Assembly (NCBI GenBank): GCA_026936335.1
Contig: JAPMXV010000012.1
Location: forward strand, 124,001-188,000
DNA length: 64,000 nucleotides
DNA from: Mantamonas sphyraenae STR306
Taxonomy: Eukaryota > Protista > CRuMs
Reading direction: 5' to 3'
Shown one piece after another: positions 33,023 through 55,173 of this stretch; the first letter of the stretch is position 1, and the number at the start of each line of letters is the position of its first letter. The position numbers were made by a program, and so were the translations under genes. The notes under the pieces were generated by a model. The model saw only the letters and a list, made by a program, of their open reading frames with translations, was not told where the DNA came from and ran no database searches.

Positions 33023-36000
33023 TCAGCCTGCACTCGAATTCGCCTCCAGGTTCTGTGCCTCGCCGTCCACATTCTCTGGCAGACCAATCTTGCTTCGAAA
33101 CGTCCTTCCGATCTGACTCCGTTGCCAAACCTTGGTCATGCACCATATGGTGTGGCCGCGAAGGGCAGCATACACCTTGTTGGCGATCGCCTGCGCACTC
33201 GCGAAATCCCTGTTCCGGTGCATCTCACATCGCTCGCAGTACTTGACACGCGCAGTGCGGTCACTTCCGTGCTTGCTCTTGTGCACACTGCCACATGTGG
33301 GACATCTCAGCGTCGTATTGCACTCGTTCACACGCACAACAATCATGTTGTGCTTGGCCAGCTCCTCCAGTTTCTTCACTCCACCACGGCCGCCCTTGAA
33401 TCCGTCACCGATGCACAGCAGTGTGATGCGTCGCAGTTGCCCCTCCTCCATCAGTGTGATGCCTCGCACTTGCCCCTCCTCCAACTCCAACTGCATCTTC
33501 TCTGTCGCCCGCACCTGTGCCAGCCATTGCTCCCTCATCTTTCGGATCCGTCTTTTCTGTTCGCGTCGATCATGCGTCTTGCTGTCGCCCCTCTGGCTGC
33601 ATCCCTCATTGAACTGAGCGGATGACCCTTGTTCAGACTCCAGGATCTTGCCGCTGCACTGACTCTTCACCACCCGTCCGGCCCTGGCTGCGGTGTGCAC
33701 GTCCACAAACAACCCAGATCGTTTGCTTCGCAGTTCCTGCATCTTCTCACGCACTGTCGCCGAGAGCAGAGCGTTGTCGCGCTTGATCCCTGTCCTGCGC
33801 TCCATGGCACCCAGTGACGGTGGTGAAAAACGCCAGGCGTCTGCAAAGTGAAGCACATTGTGGTTCTCAACGAGCTCCGTGCGTGGGATGTACAGAGCTG
33901 AAGGCGCATTCGAAATGCCTGGATCCATGGCAAGGAACTGCAAGCGCGCATTTGCCTTCGAGCTCAATGGGATGAGCCTGGAGAACGAGCTCACAACACC
34001 GTGTGGTCGTCTGCTGTGCTCCATGGACTCTGGGCACAGCTTCAGGGCAATGATCTTGTCCGCCGATTTTGGAAGCCACTTGCGGAGCAGCTTATGCACA
34101 GCCTCGGTCTGTGTTTCAGTCGCTCCGTCGCCGTCGGCCTCGTGTGGGTCCTCAACCTCCTTCCCACGCTCCCGGTGCTGGTGTGCGGCCACGTACATGG
34201 CAACCTGGCACAGACGGATAGTCACAGCAGCAACACGTTCGATGAGGCGTCGTTGGTTGCCTTGATCCTCAGTGTGTGCGTCTTTGTCGCGGCCACCCCT
34301 TTCCGACGTTCCTTCCAGGGCACCCTTGCCATGAATCGCAAAGTTGTACCTGGGTTTGCTGTGAGACAGAAACGGTGACGATTGTGCACGCTCAGCAAGT
34401 GGCGCATCCTCCAGGAACCCCACATTGCCCTTCAGGAAGCGCAGCAGCTGGGCGTCATCGACTGGTTTCGTGTCTGACAAAGACGTAGCGGTTGGATTGC
34501 GGAGCAGATTCAGACACGCACGCAAAGTAGGGAACAGCGAGAGCCGTTCATCGGGAAGGATGAGATGTTCCAGGTAGTACAACCGGCGTTGGCCAGGCCC
34601 TGCCGGCACCTGCCAATGGCGAACGTGCAGAGCGTGTACCGCAGAGAAGAGGCGGATGGACAGATGCCCATCGTTGATGAAGGGTGTCTTTGAAATCCTG
34701 GGCGCGTGCATAGGGTCAAGCACGGCGAAAACGTTGAAGGCCGCGAGCAGGAGCGGGTCTGTGTACGTGCCCATGTCCTCCCCTGGGATGATGTTGTGGT
34801 CCTCATTGTGCGTGACAACACGTGCTGTGCCGTTGGCGCACCTGGATGCACACACTTGCATCGCCTTGATGGCGTCGCGCGAGAACAAGCGGCTGCTCCC
34901 GTTCTCCTCCCCGATCTTGACCATGTGCCACGCAAACGAAGCCCTCAGGGCATGCACATGTTGGCCATTACGAGCCAGCTTTGCCCCCCTCAGCCAGCTG
35001 CCCACGGCACAGTCGCACGGGCCTCCTGCCACGCAATGGGGACACGGAGGTGGAAAGTACTCGCCTTCTGAGGAGCACGCACCTGGACTGGATGTGACCG
35101 CACCGCACAGAATGGACCACGCAAGCATTGTGTCCTCCTTGTCTTCCCAGCAAACATCCAGCAACCCGTCACAGAGTGCGGAAAGGGCCCATCGTCCAAA
35201 CAGCCTTTCCCGTTGGACCGCGAGCTGGTGATGAAGAGACTGTTTGACCGGGTACAGCTTGCGTGTGGACTGGCATTCTCTGGCCAGCTCGTACGCGCAA
35301 ACATGAGAGTCGGCGCCGGAGTCGCTCGGATCGTTGCACATCAGCGCCTTGTACTTGTCCACAGAAAGCCCCACCACTTCGCGCAGCACAGTCGCGACCG
35401 CGTGCTCGCATGCCTTGCTTGTTGGTGTGTCTTGAGCATCAGTGTCCTCTTCGTCATCCACTCCTTTGTGCAGGCGTTTGACAACTGCCAGGACATCACG
35501 GCGCTCGACGTCGCCGTTGCTTGCCACCACCAGGTCGACCAAGTTGTCAACGGCCTGGTTGATCAGCATGACCTTCCAGCTGGTCAACACGAGTGCAGCT
35601 CCCCGCTGGCACAGGTCTGTGAAGGCTCCACTGGGGAGACAACGCAGGTCGATGCCACACCTCGCTTCCTCGGGTGCCAGCTCATCCAGATACTCCGCAA
35701 CGACTCCACCGCTCGGTTGTCTGCTCAACACGAGGTCAGCTGTCACAGAGATGTACTTGGGGAACTTGGGGAGCTTCGGGGTTGCCTCGCATGTGATCTC
35801 CACCTCAGACGGCGGCTTCAGGTAGATTCGGCCTACCTTGAGCTGCAGGCAAGCCGACAGCATGTTCTCGAGTTCTTTGCTTGGTTCCAGCAGACCACAC
35901 TCGAGCAAATCATACTGGATGGCAACGATTAGCCCAAAGGCGTGCGCCATCGCATCCAACTCTTCCACGGATCGTGCGTTGATGAGCGCAGCATTTCGCA

Positions 36001-38497
36001 GTTTCTCGAGGCTGCCGAGCTCCACCACACACGAAGACGATGCCAGACGCTCAGTATGGTCCGAGTCCAGCTTCGGTGTCGAGAAGCCCATGAATACTTC
36101 CCACTCGTCGTCCTCGGGGTCCGGCAGAATTGTGTTGATCACTGCGTCCAGTCGCGAGGCACCGTGGCCATCGTCATCGTCGTCTTGCTTTTGGTACACG
36201 TAGTCGATGGCATTGCTGGCCATTGTGTCCCAAAAGACCGCCTCGCCAGAGCTGGGTGGCGTTGGACCAAGGATGGCGGCCAGCTGTTGATTGTCGCCCA
36301 CGAACACGTCCATGGAGGCATCAACACCCGCCTTCTTCATCGCCTTGGTCATCTTCGTGTTGAGCTTGTCGCGCACGGTTGCCTCCAGCACGCCACGCAT
36401 CTTGCTGAGCCGCTCGCGCTTCCCATTGTCGGCATGCTTCTTGCACAGGGCTTCCCACTTCTTGACCGAGATCATGTTGTTGTACATGGCTGCAGGGTTG
36501 GTGTACTCAATCTCGTCTGTGCCCCGCGCCGCTGCCACAAGGCCCTCGACACCCTCTGCCGCCACGTCAACCGTCACCGGGGACGCGTGTCGGGATCCGA
36601 TGTTCTCCAACGGCACATGTGATGCATCGTGTCGCTTCATCGCCTCCCAACGCGTCCGAATCTGTTCCTTCAGGCCGTCCAGCGCGCCACGCAGGGTCTG
36701 TTCGCCCTCCAGCTGGCGCCCGTGCTCCACCACCTCTCCCGGTGGGAGCAGACGTGCCTTTCGCAATGTGTCATGGTCTGTCACGGCATAATCATTGGCG
36801 TAGGCCGCAAACAGGGAGCCAATGTGTCCGCCACCACCCAGATTGACTTGGCCCAGCACCTGAGGACCAGGCAGGCCACTCCAATCCAGCTCAGCTTTCG
36901 TTCCACCCGTATCGAACACGGCGTCCCATGCGTGCAATGACGTGAGGGTGTTGATCGTGCGGTCGTCGAAGCCCATTTGACACAGGTGGAACTTCACGGC
37001 AGCAAGGTACTTCTGAGCGTGCTCCTGCACCAGGTCCAGGTGCTTGGAAGCAGGTTGTGTGCCCCGTGTGCCTTGCAGTAGATGTGCCACGGACTTGTCG
37101 TCCCAAAGGATCGGTTGGTAGATGTACGTCAGCAGGCTCCCGCCGCCCGCCAGCAACTCATTCAGGCTCCCGGCATCCAGCCGCAGCATGTTCCGGCGTG
37201 GGGCTCGCACGGCTGCCTCAATGTCGCTCGACAGCAGCAACGCCGCCACGAGTGAAACCAACCGGCCGACGTGAGGCTCGACGATGGCGAAGCCAAGGCG
37301 AGGGTGCAGGAGAACAACTGGGTGCTCGGCGACGTTGTATCCCCAATCACTATCATGCAGGGTGATCACAAAGGTGACGTGTTGATCGTGGTTGTACAAA
37401 CGCACCAGCTCGTTTTTGACGTCGTCAGCCAGACATGCACCGGGGTTCTCATTCACCTTGTCGTTGCCACACTCGTACACATCGTGCTGGGAACACAGGT
37501 GTTTTACAGCATGATAGACAGCAACCTGCGCCTGTCCAGTCAAACTCAACGTATGCCCCTGTGCTAGTGTCTTCAAGTCGGCCTTCTCCCGTTTCAACTT
37601 GCGCAACGTCTTGCTCATGGTCGCCACATGCGCCAGCGTGTTCTCCATGCGCCGTAGGTGCGTGCCGAAGCTAACTGACTGGGCCTGCTCATCCAGAAAC
37701 TCGGGCTTCAGATCGCAGACGAGCACGTACTTGACATGCGCACTCCGAAGGTCCACCCGCAGTTCTGTGGCCGCTTTCTCAGCCTCGACACATCGTGTAA
37801 CCAGTTCACGCACCTTCTCTTCGGGTACGTCTGACACGCGGGCCGCCTCCTCCACGACCGTGTGGACCACGGAGCTGACATCAACCAGCACTTTCACGTC
37901 GCCTTCCAGCTGAGTCATGCCTTGCTCAAATTCGATACCGTAGGATGCCAAGATATCTTGCTGTCGCCTCGCCTTGCCATTGCCTCCTTGTCGCCCGTGG
38001 GCCAATTGGACCGACACCACTTGGTCCGTCTCAGTCGGTTTCCGTTTTTTGCCCTCCTGCGCTTTCCTTGGACGTCTTGCGACCGGGCTGTACTCCTCAT
38101 CCTCACTGTCCTCCTCATCATCGCTGTACTCCTCATCCTCGCGGTACTCCTCATAGTCGCCATAAACCGATTCCGTGTCCATAGCCGCCTGAGCGGCTGC
38201 AAACATCCTGACGCTTCCTACACCTCCCTCCACCTTCAAACTTCGGCGTGGCCCTTGCACGTCCACCACAGTCTCCCGGGCGCTTACACCAAGCACACAC
38301 ACATCACAGAATCGTTCTTGCAGTCCCACGCCATTGTCACAATGGACGGAAGCACAGACGTGGCGGCGCGAACGCTTCATTCCGGACCGCCCGGAAACCG
38401 AAAGGCCGTCCTCACCGTCGTTGTCAAGGGCGATGTTGCTGTGGCTACGTTTCCGTTTGTCATTATGCTTTGAATACTTTGCGTGGTGTTCGCTCAT
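33023..38497 (-). CDS. Giant Fanzor (TnpB-derived RNA-guided RuvC endonuclease)-like protein, ~1,824 aa
   Basis: C-terminal RuvC-I LAMDPG (D codon 33923-33925), CIGDG strand, RuvC-II VNECNTTLRCPTCG (E 33323-33325), KYCERC zinc finger and RuvC-III NRDFASAQAI (D 33206-33208). Intron-free intact ORF. Likely start ATG 38497; the ORF is open from 38635. Confidence 0.88.
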   Translation of the reverse strand: MSEHHAKYSKHNDKRKRSHSNIALDNDGEDGLSVSGRSGMKRSRRHVCASVHCDNGVGLQERFCDVCVLGVSARETVVDVQGPRRSLKVEGGVGSVRMFAAAQAAMDTESVYGDYEEYREDEEYSDDEEDSEDEEYSPVARRPRKAQEGKKRKPTETDQVVSVQLAHGRQGGNGKARRQQDILASYGIEFEQGMTQLEGDVKVLVDVSSVVHTVVEEAARVSDVPEEKVRELVTRCVEAEKAATELRVDLRSAHVKYVLVCDLKPEFLDEQAQSVSFGTHLRRMENTLAHVATMSKTLRKLKREKADLKTLAQGHTLSLTGQAQVAVYHAVKHLCSQHDVYECGNDKVNENPGACLADDVKNELVRLYNHDQHVTFVITLHDSDWGYNVAEHPVVLLHPRLGFAIVEPHVGRLVSLVAALLLSSDIEAAVRAPRRNMLRLDAGSLNELLAGGGSLLTYIYQPILWDDKSVAHLLQGTRGTQPASKHLDLVQEHAQKYLAAVKFHLCQMGFDDRTINTLTSLHAWDAVFDTGGTKAELDWSGLPGPQVLGQVNLGGGGHIGSLFAAYANDYAVTDHDTLRKARLLPPGEVVEHGRQLEGEQTLRGALDGLKEQIRTRWEAMKRHDASHVPLENIGSRHASPVTVDVAAEGVEGLVAAARGTDEIEYTNPAAMYNNMISVKKWEALCKKHADNGKRERLSKMRGVLEATVRDKLNTKMTKAMKKAGVDASMDVFVGDNQQLAAILGPTPPSSGEAVFWDTMASNAIDYVYQKQDDDDDGHGASRLDAVINTILPDPEDDEWEVFMGFSTPKLDSDHTERLASSSCVVELGSLEKLRNAALINARSVEELDAMAHAFGLIVAIQYDLLECGLLEPSKELENMLSACLQLKVGRIYLKPPSEVEITCEATPKLPKFPKYISVTADLVLSRQPSGGVVAEYLDELAPEEARCGIDLRCLPSGAFTDLCQRGAALVLTSWKVMLINQAVDNLVDLVVASNGDVERRDVLAVVKRLHKGVDDEEDTDAQDTPTSKACEHAVATVLREVVGLSVDKYKALMCNDPSDSGADSHVCAYELARECQSTRKLYPVKQSLHHQLAVQRERLFGRWALSALCDGLLDVCWEDKEDTMLAWSILCGAVTSSPGACSSEGEYFPPPCPHCVAGGPCDCAVGSWLRGAKLARNGQHVHALRASFAWHMVKIGEENGSSRLFSRDAIKAMQVCASRCANGTARVVTHNEDHNIIPGEDMGTYTDPLLLAAFNVFAVLDPMHAPRISKTPFINDGHLSIRLFSAVHALHVRHWQVPAGPGQRRLYYLEHLILPDERLSLFPTLRACLNLLRNPTATSLSDTKPVDDAQLLRFLKGNVGFLEDAPLAERAQSSPFLSHSKPRYNFAIHGKGALEGTSERGGRDKDAHTEDQGNQRRLIERVAAVTIRLCQVAMYVAAHQHRERGKEVEDPHEADGDGATETQTEAVHKLLRKWLPKSADKIIALKLCPESMEHSRRPHGVVSSFSRLIPLSSKANARLQFLAMDPGISNAPSALYIPRTELVENHNVLHFADAWRFSPPSLGAMERRTGIKRDNALLSATVREKMQELRSKRSGLFVDVHTAARAGRVVKSQCSGKILESEQGSSAQFNEGCSQRGDSKTHDRREQKRRIRKMREQWLAQVRATEKMQLELEEGQVRGITLMEEGQLRRITLLCIGDGFKGGRGGVKKLEELAKHNMIVVRVNECNTTLRCPTCGSVHKSKHGSDRTARVKYCERCEMHRNRDFASAQAIANKVYAALRGHTIWCMTKVWQRSQIGRTFRSKIGLPENVDGEAQNLEANSSAG

Positions 38498-38683
38498 TGT
38501 GCGCGTTTTCTTGCCCCCTGTGGCGCAGCTTGTTTGGCGTTCGGTCCTCCATCTGCAGGCCATACGGGCCAAATACAACGAGCACAGCCCCATGACACAC
38601 AAATGCAGGCGCCATGCCAAAGGTGGAATGAACAAACTTCAGAAAGGGGATTTTCATTGGCAACGGGGTTTGCGGCGCGAGGC

Positions 38684-38705
38684 TCAACTTGACCCGAATT
38701 CACTG
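38684..38705. repeat. Terminal inverted repeat, Fanzor-upstream end
   Basis: TCAACTTGACCCGAATTCACTG followed by TA. Confidence 0.75.
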
Positions 38706-38713
38706 TAGTTCCC

Positions 38714-50391
<11,678 letters not shown>

Positions 50392-50416
50392 GGCCGCTGC
50401 TCCTCTCTCGCCCACC

Positions 50417-53400
50417 TCAACGACGCCGCCGCTTTTTCGCTTGCTTCCCACGTCGCACTGGGGACACCGACGACGACGACGAGGCATACTCCTCCTCACT
50501 GTCACTGTTTCCCCACTCCTCTTCCTGCGACGCTGATGAGTCGGACTGATAATCATCCTCATCCTCGTGGTAATCATCTTGGCTGTCCTCGTCCTCGTCA
50601 ACCACCTTGCGACGTCGTCGTTGCCTCTTCTTTCCACGCGACGCAGACACACGCTCTTCAACCTCACTGTCTCCTCCATCTCCATCCACATCCACATACG
50701 CGTCCTCGTCCTCGTCCTCCTCGTCCTCAAGCTGCACCGCACGACGTGAGCTGGTGGCCACCACCTCCTCCTCATCCTCATCCTCATCCTCGTCATCGTC
50801 CTCATGGCTGTGTGCTTCACCCTCGTCCTCGTCCTCGTCGTTGTCTCGTACCACCACGTCTGCGATGTGTGGAGGGAAAACAAGGGTGCTGGATGAGGCC
50901 TCCGGGTTGCTGCTGATGTTCAGAGGAGGCTGTGTGAGTTCCAACTCGTCAATGTCCAGGAGCTGGCTGGCACGTTCGGCGAGGTACGTTGCGGCGTCAT
51001 ACACCTCGCTGCCCACCTCGTTGAACACCTGTGCGTTGTGGCGTATGAGACGCAGGTCGGCCACGAGAGCCTCCTGGTGCCTGTAGTAGCCACTGCGGAC
51101 GCGCTCGAGCACTGCTGTGAGGTCCATGGGACATGCAATGACGCGTGGGTACATGGGCACGTCGGCAAAGTCCACAGGGCTGGCAAACCACTCGAGGGCA
51201 GGGTCGTCGATGAGAGTCTGCACACAGGTCACCAACGCCGCCTGTTGGGTCTCGCTCAGTTCGCTGTCGGGCAACATGGGTGTGGTTGTCTCCTCGCTGT
51301 TCTCCTGGATTTTGACCAGTTCCCAAGGGTTGACACGACTGCGCGTGTCATCGGCGGCCCATTGAAAGAGCACACTCTCCCAGGGGTCATCCTCCCTGCC
51401 CTCCAGATACTTGTTTTCCACCACACTGCCCACATAGAAGCGCAAGGCACCCTCGTCGGCCATGCCCACATTGCAGTAGTCGCCCACCTGCCAGCCTGCC
51501 TCCACCGCGCGACGAAACACACTCGCGTGCACAATGCTCTCGTTCTCGGACGGATCGTAGTTGAGCTTCACCAATCCACCCGGGTCACGTGTGGCATCGC
51601 TGCACTTTTGCATCACCACATGGCAGTACCGTTGCGCCTCATCGGTGAGCACATGCTCCACTTGGATCACGCGCAACTCTTGCACGTCGCCATCCATGGT
51701 GCTCAGCTGCCGCTGCCAGCTCACAGATATGTTTGCATCTGCAATGGGCGATGTCGCAGCCCAATGCCGGTACCCTGTGCGCGACAGTAGCACCACATCG
51801 CCCGGCTGTGGCACAAAGTACACGCCTGTGTTTTCCCACTCCACCATCCAGTCGGGCACCTCACGGAACGCACGGTCCAACTCACGTTGCCTTGCACGCT
51901 CTTCGTTCCGCTGTCGGTTCTGGTTGTTGCGATTGCGTGGCCTGCGTCCACTTGTGGCCCAGTCTTCGTCGTCGCTGTCCTCAGCATAGCACTCGTCCTC
52001 ATCCTCGTCCTCATCTTCGCCCCAATCCTCGTAATCCTCGCTGCCAGCTCGCCTTCGTCCTCCTCGCCGCCTGTTTGCTCCTTGTGCGCCTCTTCCTCTT
52101 CCTCCTCCTCCTCCTTCCTCCTCCTCCTCCCCCTCCTCTTCCAACTGCTCGTTGTACCGCACACGTGCCCCGCGTGTTGCACGTCGTGGCGCCGGTGGTG
52201 AGTACCGTGCCGAAATCGCAATTGAATCGTCGTCTGCGTCGTACCACCGCCGCCCTGTGCGTCTCCTCCGCCTGCCTGTCGACGTGTTGGTGGCGCCTGT
52301 GGTCGACCGTGTCGCACGGGTCCCTCGTCGTCGTCGTCCTCGTCCACCGGCCTCGTCTTCCAGAAGCTGTTCGTACAACGTCCTTCCTCCCAGCTCGTGC
52401 ATTTCCTGTTCCATCTCGTAGTACGAGGCGTAGTCGTTGCCACGTCCTCTTCGTCGTCGTCCGCCTCTGTCCAACTCGTCATCGTCCTCCGCCTCCTCTT
52501 CATCATCCTCATCCTCATCTTCGTCGTCGCTGTACGCATCGTCGTCCTGTTGGAAATCTTCGTCGTCGTCGTCGTCGTCCACAACGCCACTGTTGCGTAG
52601 AGCAATCACTCCCAATGCATCGGGTGTCCCTTGGAAGTGTTCCTCCACGCTGCTTGCGCCGTCGTCACTGTCTGTCTCGCCGTCACCACGTCCCCTTCGC
52701 CCTCGCCTCTGTTGTTGCTGCTCCTGCCCTTGTGTGGTGGTGGTGGTCGTCGTCGTCGTCGTGGCTCCTTCCACCAGCGCCCTGTTGGACGGTCGCCCAC
52801 GCCGTTCCAGCCTGGCTGGCTCTCCACTCGCCAGCAAATAGGCCGCCCAGTCTGTGACGTCCTTGACGTGCAACTCTGGATCTTCGTCCTGATTCATGCG
52901 GCGCATGTGTGTCCTGTACTCCAGCCTGCTTTCGTCGTACTGTGCACGCTGCACCTCTGTGATCTTCTTGCCTGCACGCAGGGGTTGAAACGGCTGCACT
53001 CCCATTTCAATGTTGCACAAACGGCCCATGGGCAACAGGTGCGGCTCCCTGCGCAGCTCTTGGTCCACAGCCCAGCCGTTGGCGTCAAAGGTGAGCCCCT
53101 CGTAGTCGCGTGGAAAGAACTGCTGTTCGGGGGCATACTCCATGATGTCGCGTGGCCCCGTGCCAAACACATACACGTACGTGTCGGTGCTGGCCACAAA
53201 CGATTGGCCATCGGGGTTCCAACTGACGTCCAAGACACGCAGTTGGGCGTCTGTCATGGCGTTGCGTTCGCAGATGCGCCATGCCTTGATGGCCACCCCT
53301 TGTACCACATCCCACATGACAATGTGGCCGTCATAGTCTGCAGTGACCACCACGTGGTCCAGGTACGGGTGTTCGCTGACCACATACACGGCCAATCGAT

Positions 53401-55115
53401 GCCTCTCCATCGAGTGCACCAGCTCGCCATCGCTGGTACGCCACACGTTGACCACACGCTGGCTGTCTGTGGTGACCAAGTAGGTGCCTGCGCATGTCCA
53501 CGCCATGCTGGCAATGCGTACCTTGCTCTTGGAGCGTTCGCGACGCAGGACAAGGGTGTAGAGCCGCTCCACACTGTTGCGCTTGCTGCCACTGCTGGTC
53601 TGTGTGGTCACCACACGGTACATGTTCACATGGCCGTCCTTGGAGCCCGTGGCAAATCGCGTGGGTCCCACGGGACTCCAGCACAGGGCATCGGCCTCGT
53701 CGGTGTGCGCTGCCTCGTCCGCAATCATCTTGGGCCCATTCTTGCGCATGGCATACACACGCACATAGCCCGTCTTGTATGCCACGGCGAGAAACTTGCT
53801 GTTGTGGCTGAACGAACACTGTGTGCTGGCCATCTCCTCGTAGGTGTGTTCCCCTCGCGCCTGCTGCTCCGGACGCAGCACAGCCCACGGTTCGTCCCAC
53901 GCATCGGTTTTGTACACAACACACGAACCGTCGAGGGAACACGACGCCAGGTAGCGGTCGTTTGGCGAGAACGACAGGCAGTTGATGATGTTTTCGTGTG
54001 TGCTGTCACTCAACACGGGTTCCCCGGACTCTGGTTTCCACACACGCACGCGGAGATCGTTACCAGCCGACGCTAGATACCTGTTGTCATGGCTCACAGC
54101 CAGGTCGGCCACGTCGCCAGAGTGTCCCCGCAGAGTGCGTTCCAGAAAGCCCGTGCGTGCGTCCCACACCTTGATCACAAAGTCGTCCGAGCCTGTGTAG
54201 AACCAGTTCCCTCTGCGTCCGTGTGCCAGGCAATACACAGGTGCCCGATGACCCAGCAGCCGTTTCTGCACACGTGTGGCTGCAAAGCCCAACGCCTGCA
54301 ACTCCCGCCGCTCCTGGTGACTCTTGGGGCCTTGCATACGCCATCCATGCAACGCTGTACGACGCGCCATTGTGCCTCGCCCCCCTGTGCTTGATATCTC
54401 TGTGTCCTGTCCACTGCCGGAACTGAGCCGGACGGCCGAGGCATTGCTTGACGACAGGCTGCTCTCGAGCACACTCAGCACGGGGGCACGGCCATTTTCC
54501 AAACGTGCGTTGCTCATGTCCATGGCATTTTGGACCACGGACGACAGTGTGTGTGCACCCACGTGTGGATATCGCACCTGTAGGCTGCCGTACGCGCTGG
54601 CACTCGCCTGTCCCAGCACATTGGTCCGCTGCGGAAGCAGTCCTTGTTGCTCTGCCTGCACTCGCAACACTCGGAACGACCGCGACAGGTTTGGCTGGCC
54701 CTCCAAGTAGCGAAGCATGAGGTACATCATCTCTGTGCGTTGATATGTGCGTGTGGCCCGTCGCAGGCGGTGTGTTTTTCGTTTGCGTGAGCGTGATCAC
54801 CGATCGTCGGCTGGCGCCCTTTGGCCCGCTTTTCCGCCCTCCGACAGCTGGCAAAAACGCACCTCGCTCGTCCACGCCTCCGCTCTGCTGACGCATGAGA
54901 GCACTCCAGTCACTGGAGGCCCCTCCGAGCCCATTCACGACACGTGTGGCGTGCTGCTGTGCCTTGTCGTCAACTGCAGGGTGCTGGTCGACCTCCATGG
55001 CGTCGCTCCGGTCCCTCCCGCTTGCATTCCTGCTGCCCTCATCCTGCTGCACTTCGCCTCTGTGGCCCGCTGTGTCCTCTGGCAAGTAGTGCCACATGGG
55101 CACGTTGCGTCGCAT
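50417..55115 (-). CDS. Bromodomain and WD40-repeat protein (BRWD1/PHIP-like)
   Basis: WD40 repeats (LLGHRAPVYC, TGSDDFVIKVW, TLRGHSGDV), PEQQFF..DY, FVPQPGD.V, SRVNPWEL and a bromodomain (FASPVD..VPMYPRVIACPMDL...NAQVFNE). Intron 54862-54733 restores the E-MMYLMLRYL N-terminal motif. Start uncertain (55115, 55097 or 54998). Confidence 0.92.
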
Positions 55116-55173
55116 GGCAGGGGTGGTTGTTTTTTTGGTTGGCAGCTGCGGCGCGGGGGCCGCCAGCGCAGAA

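Larger units (their letters stand above)
32880..38705 (-). mobile_element. 5,826-bp TIR DNA transposon (Tc1/mariner-like ends) carrying a Fanzor-like gene
   Basis: TA at 32878-32879 and at 38706-38707. Inner ends read CAGGCTGTTCGGTTCAAATTGA (32880-32901) and, reverse-complemented, CAGTGAATTCGGGTCAAGTTGA (38705-38684): 16/22 identical. The ends lie 11 bp from the ATG17 stop and 8 bp from the VPS13 stop. Confidence 0.8.

Noticed and set aside
33023-38635. Bacterial Cas12 or contamination
   Set aside because: No CRISPR array or cas genes. The ORF sits between eukaryotic genes within TA-flanked TIRs and shows the Fanzor-type rearranged RuvC.
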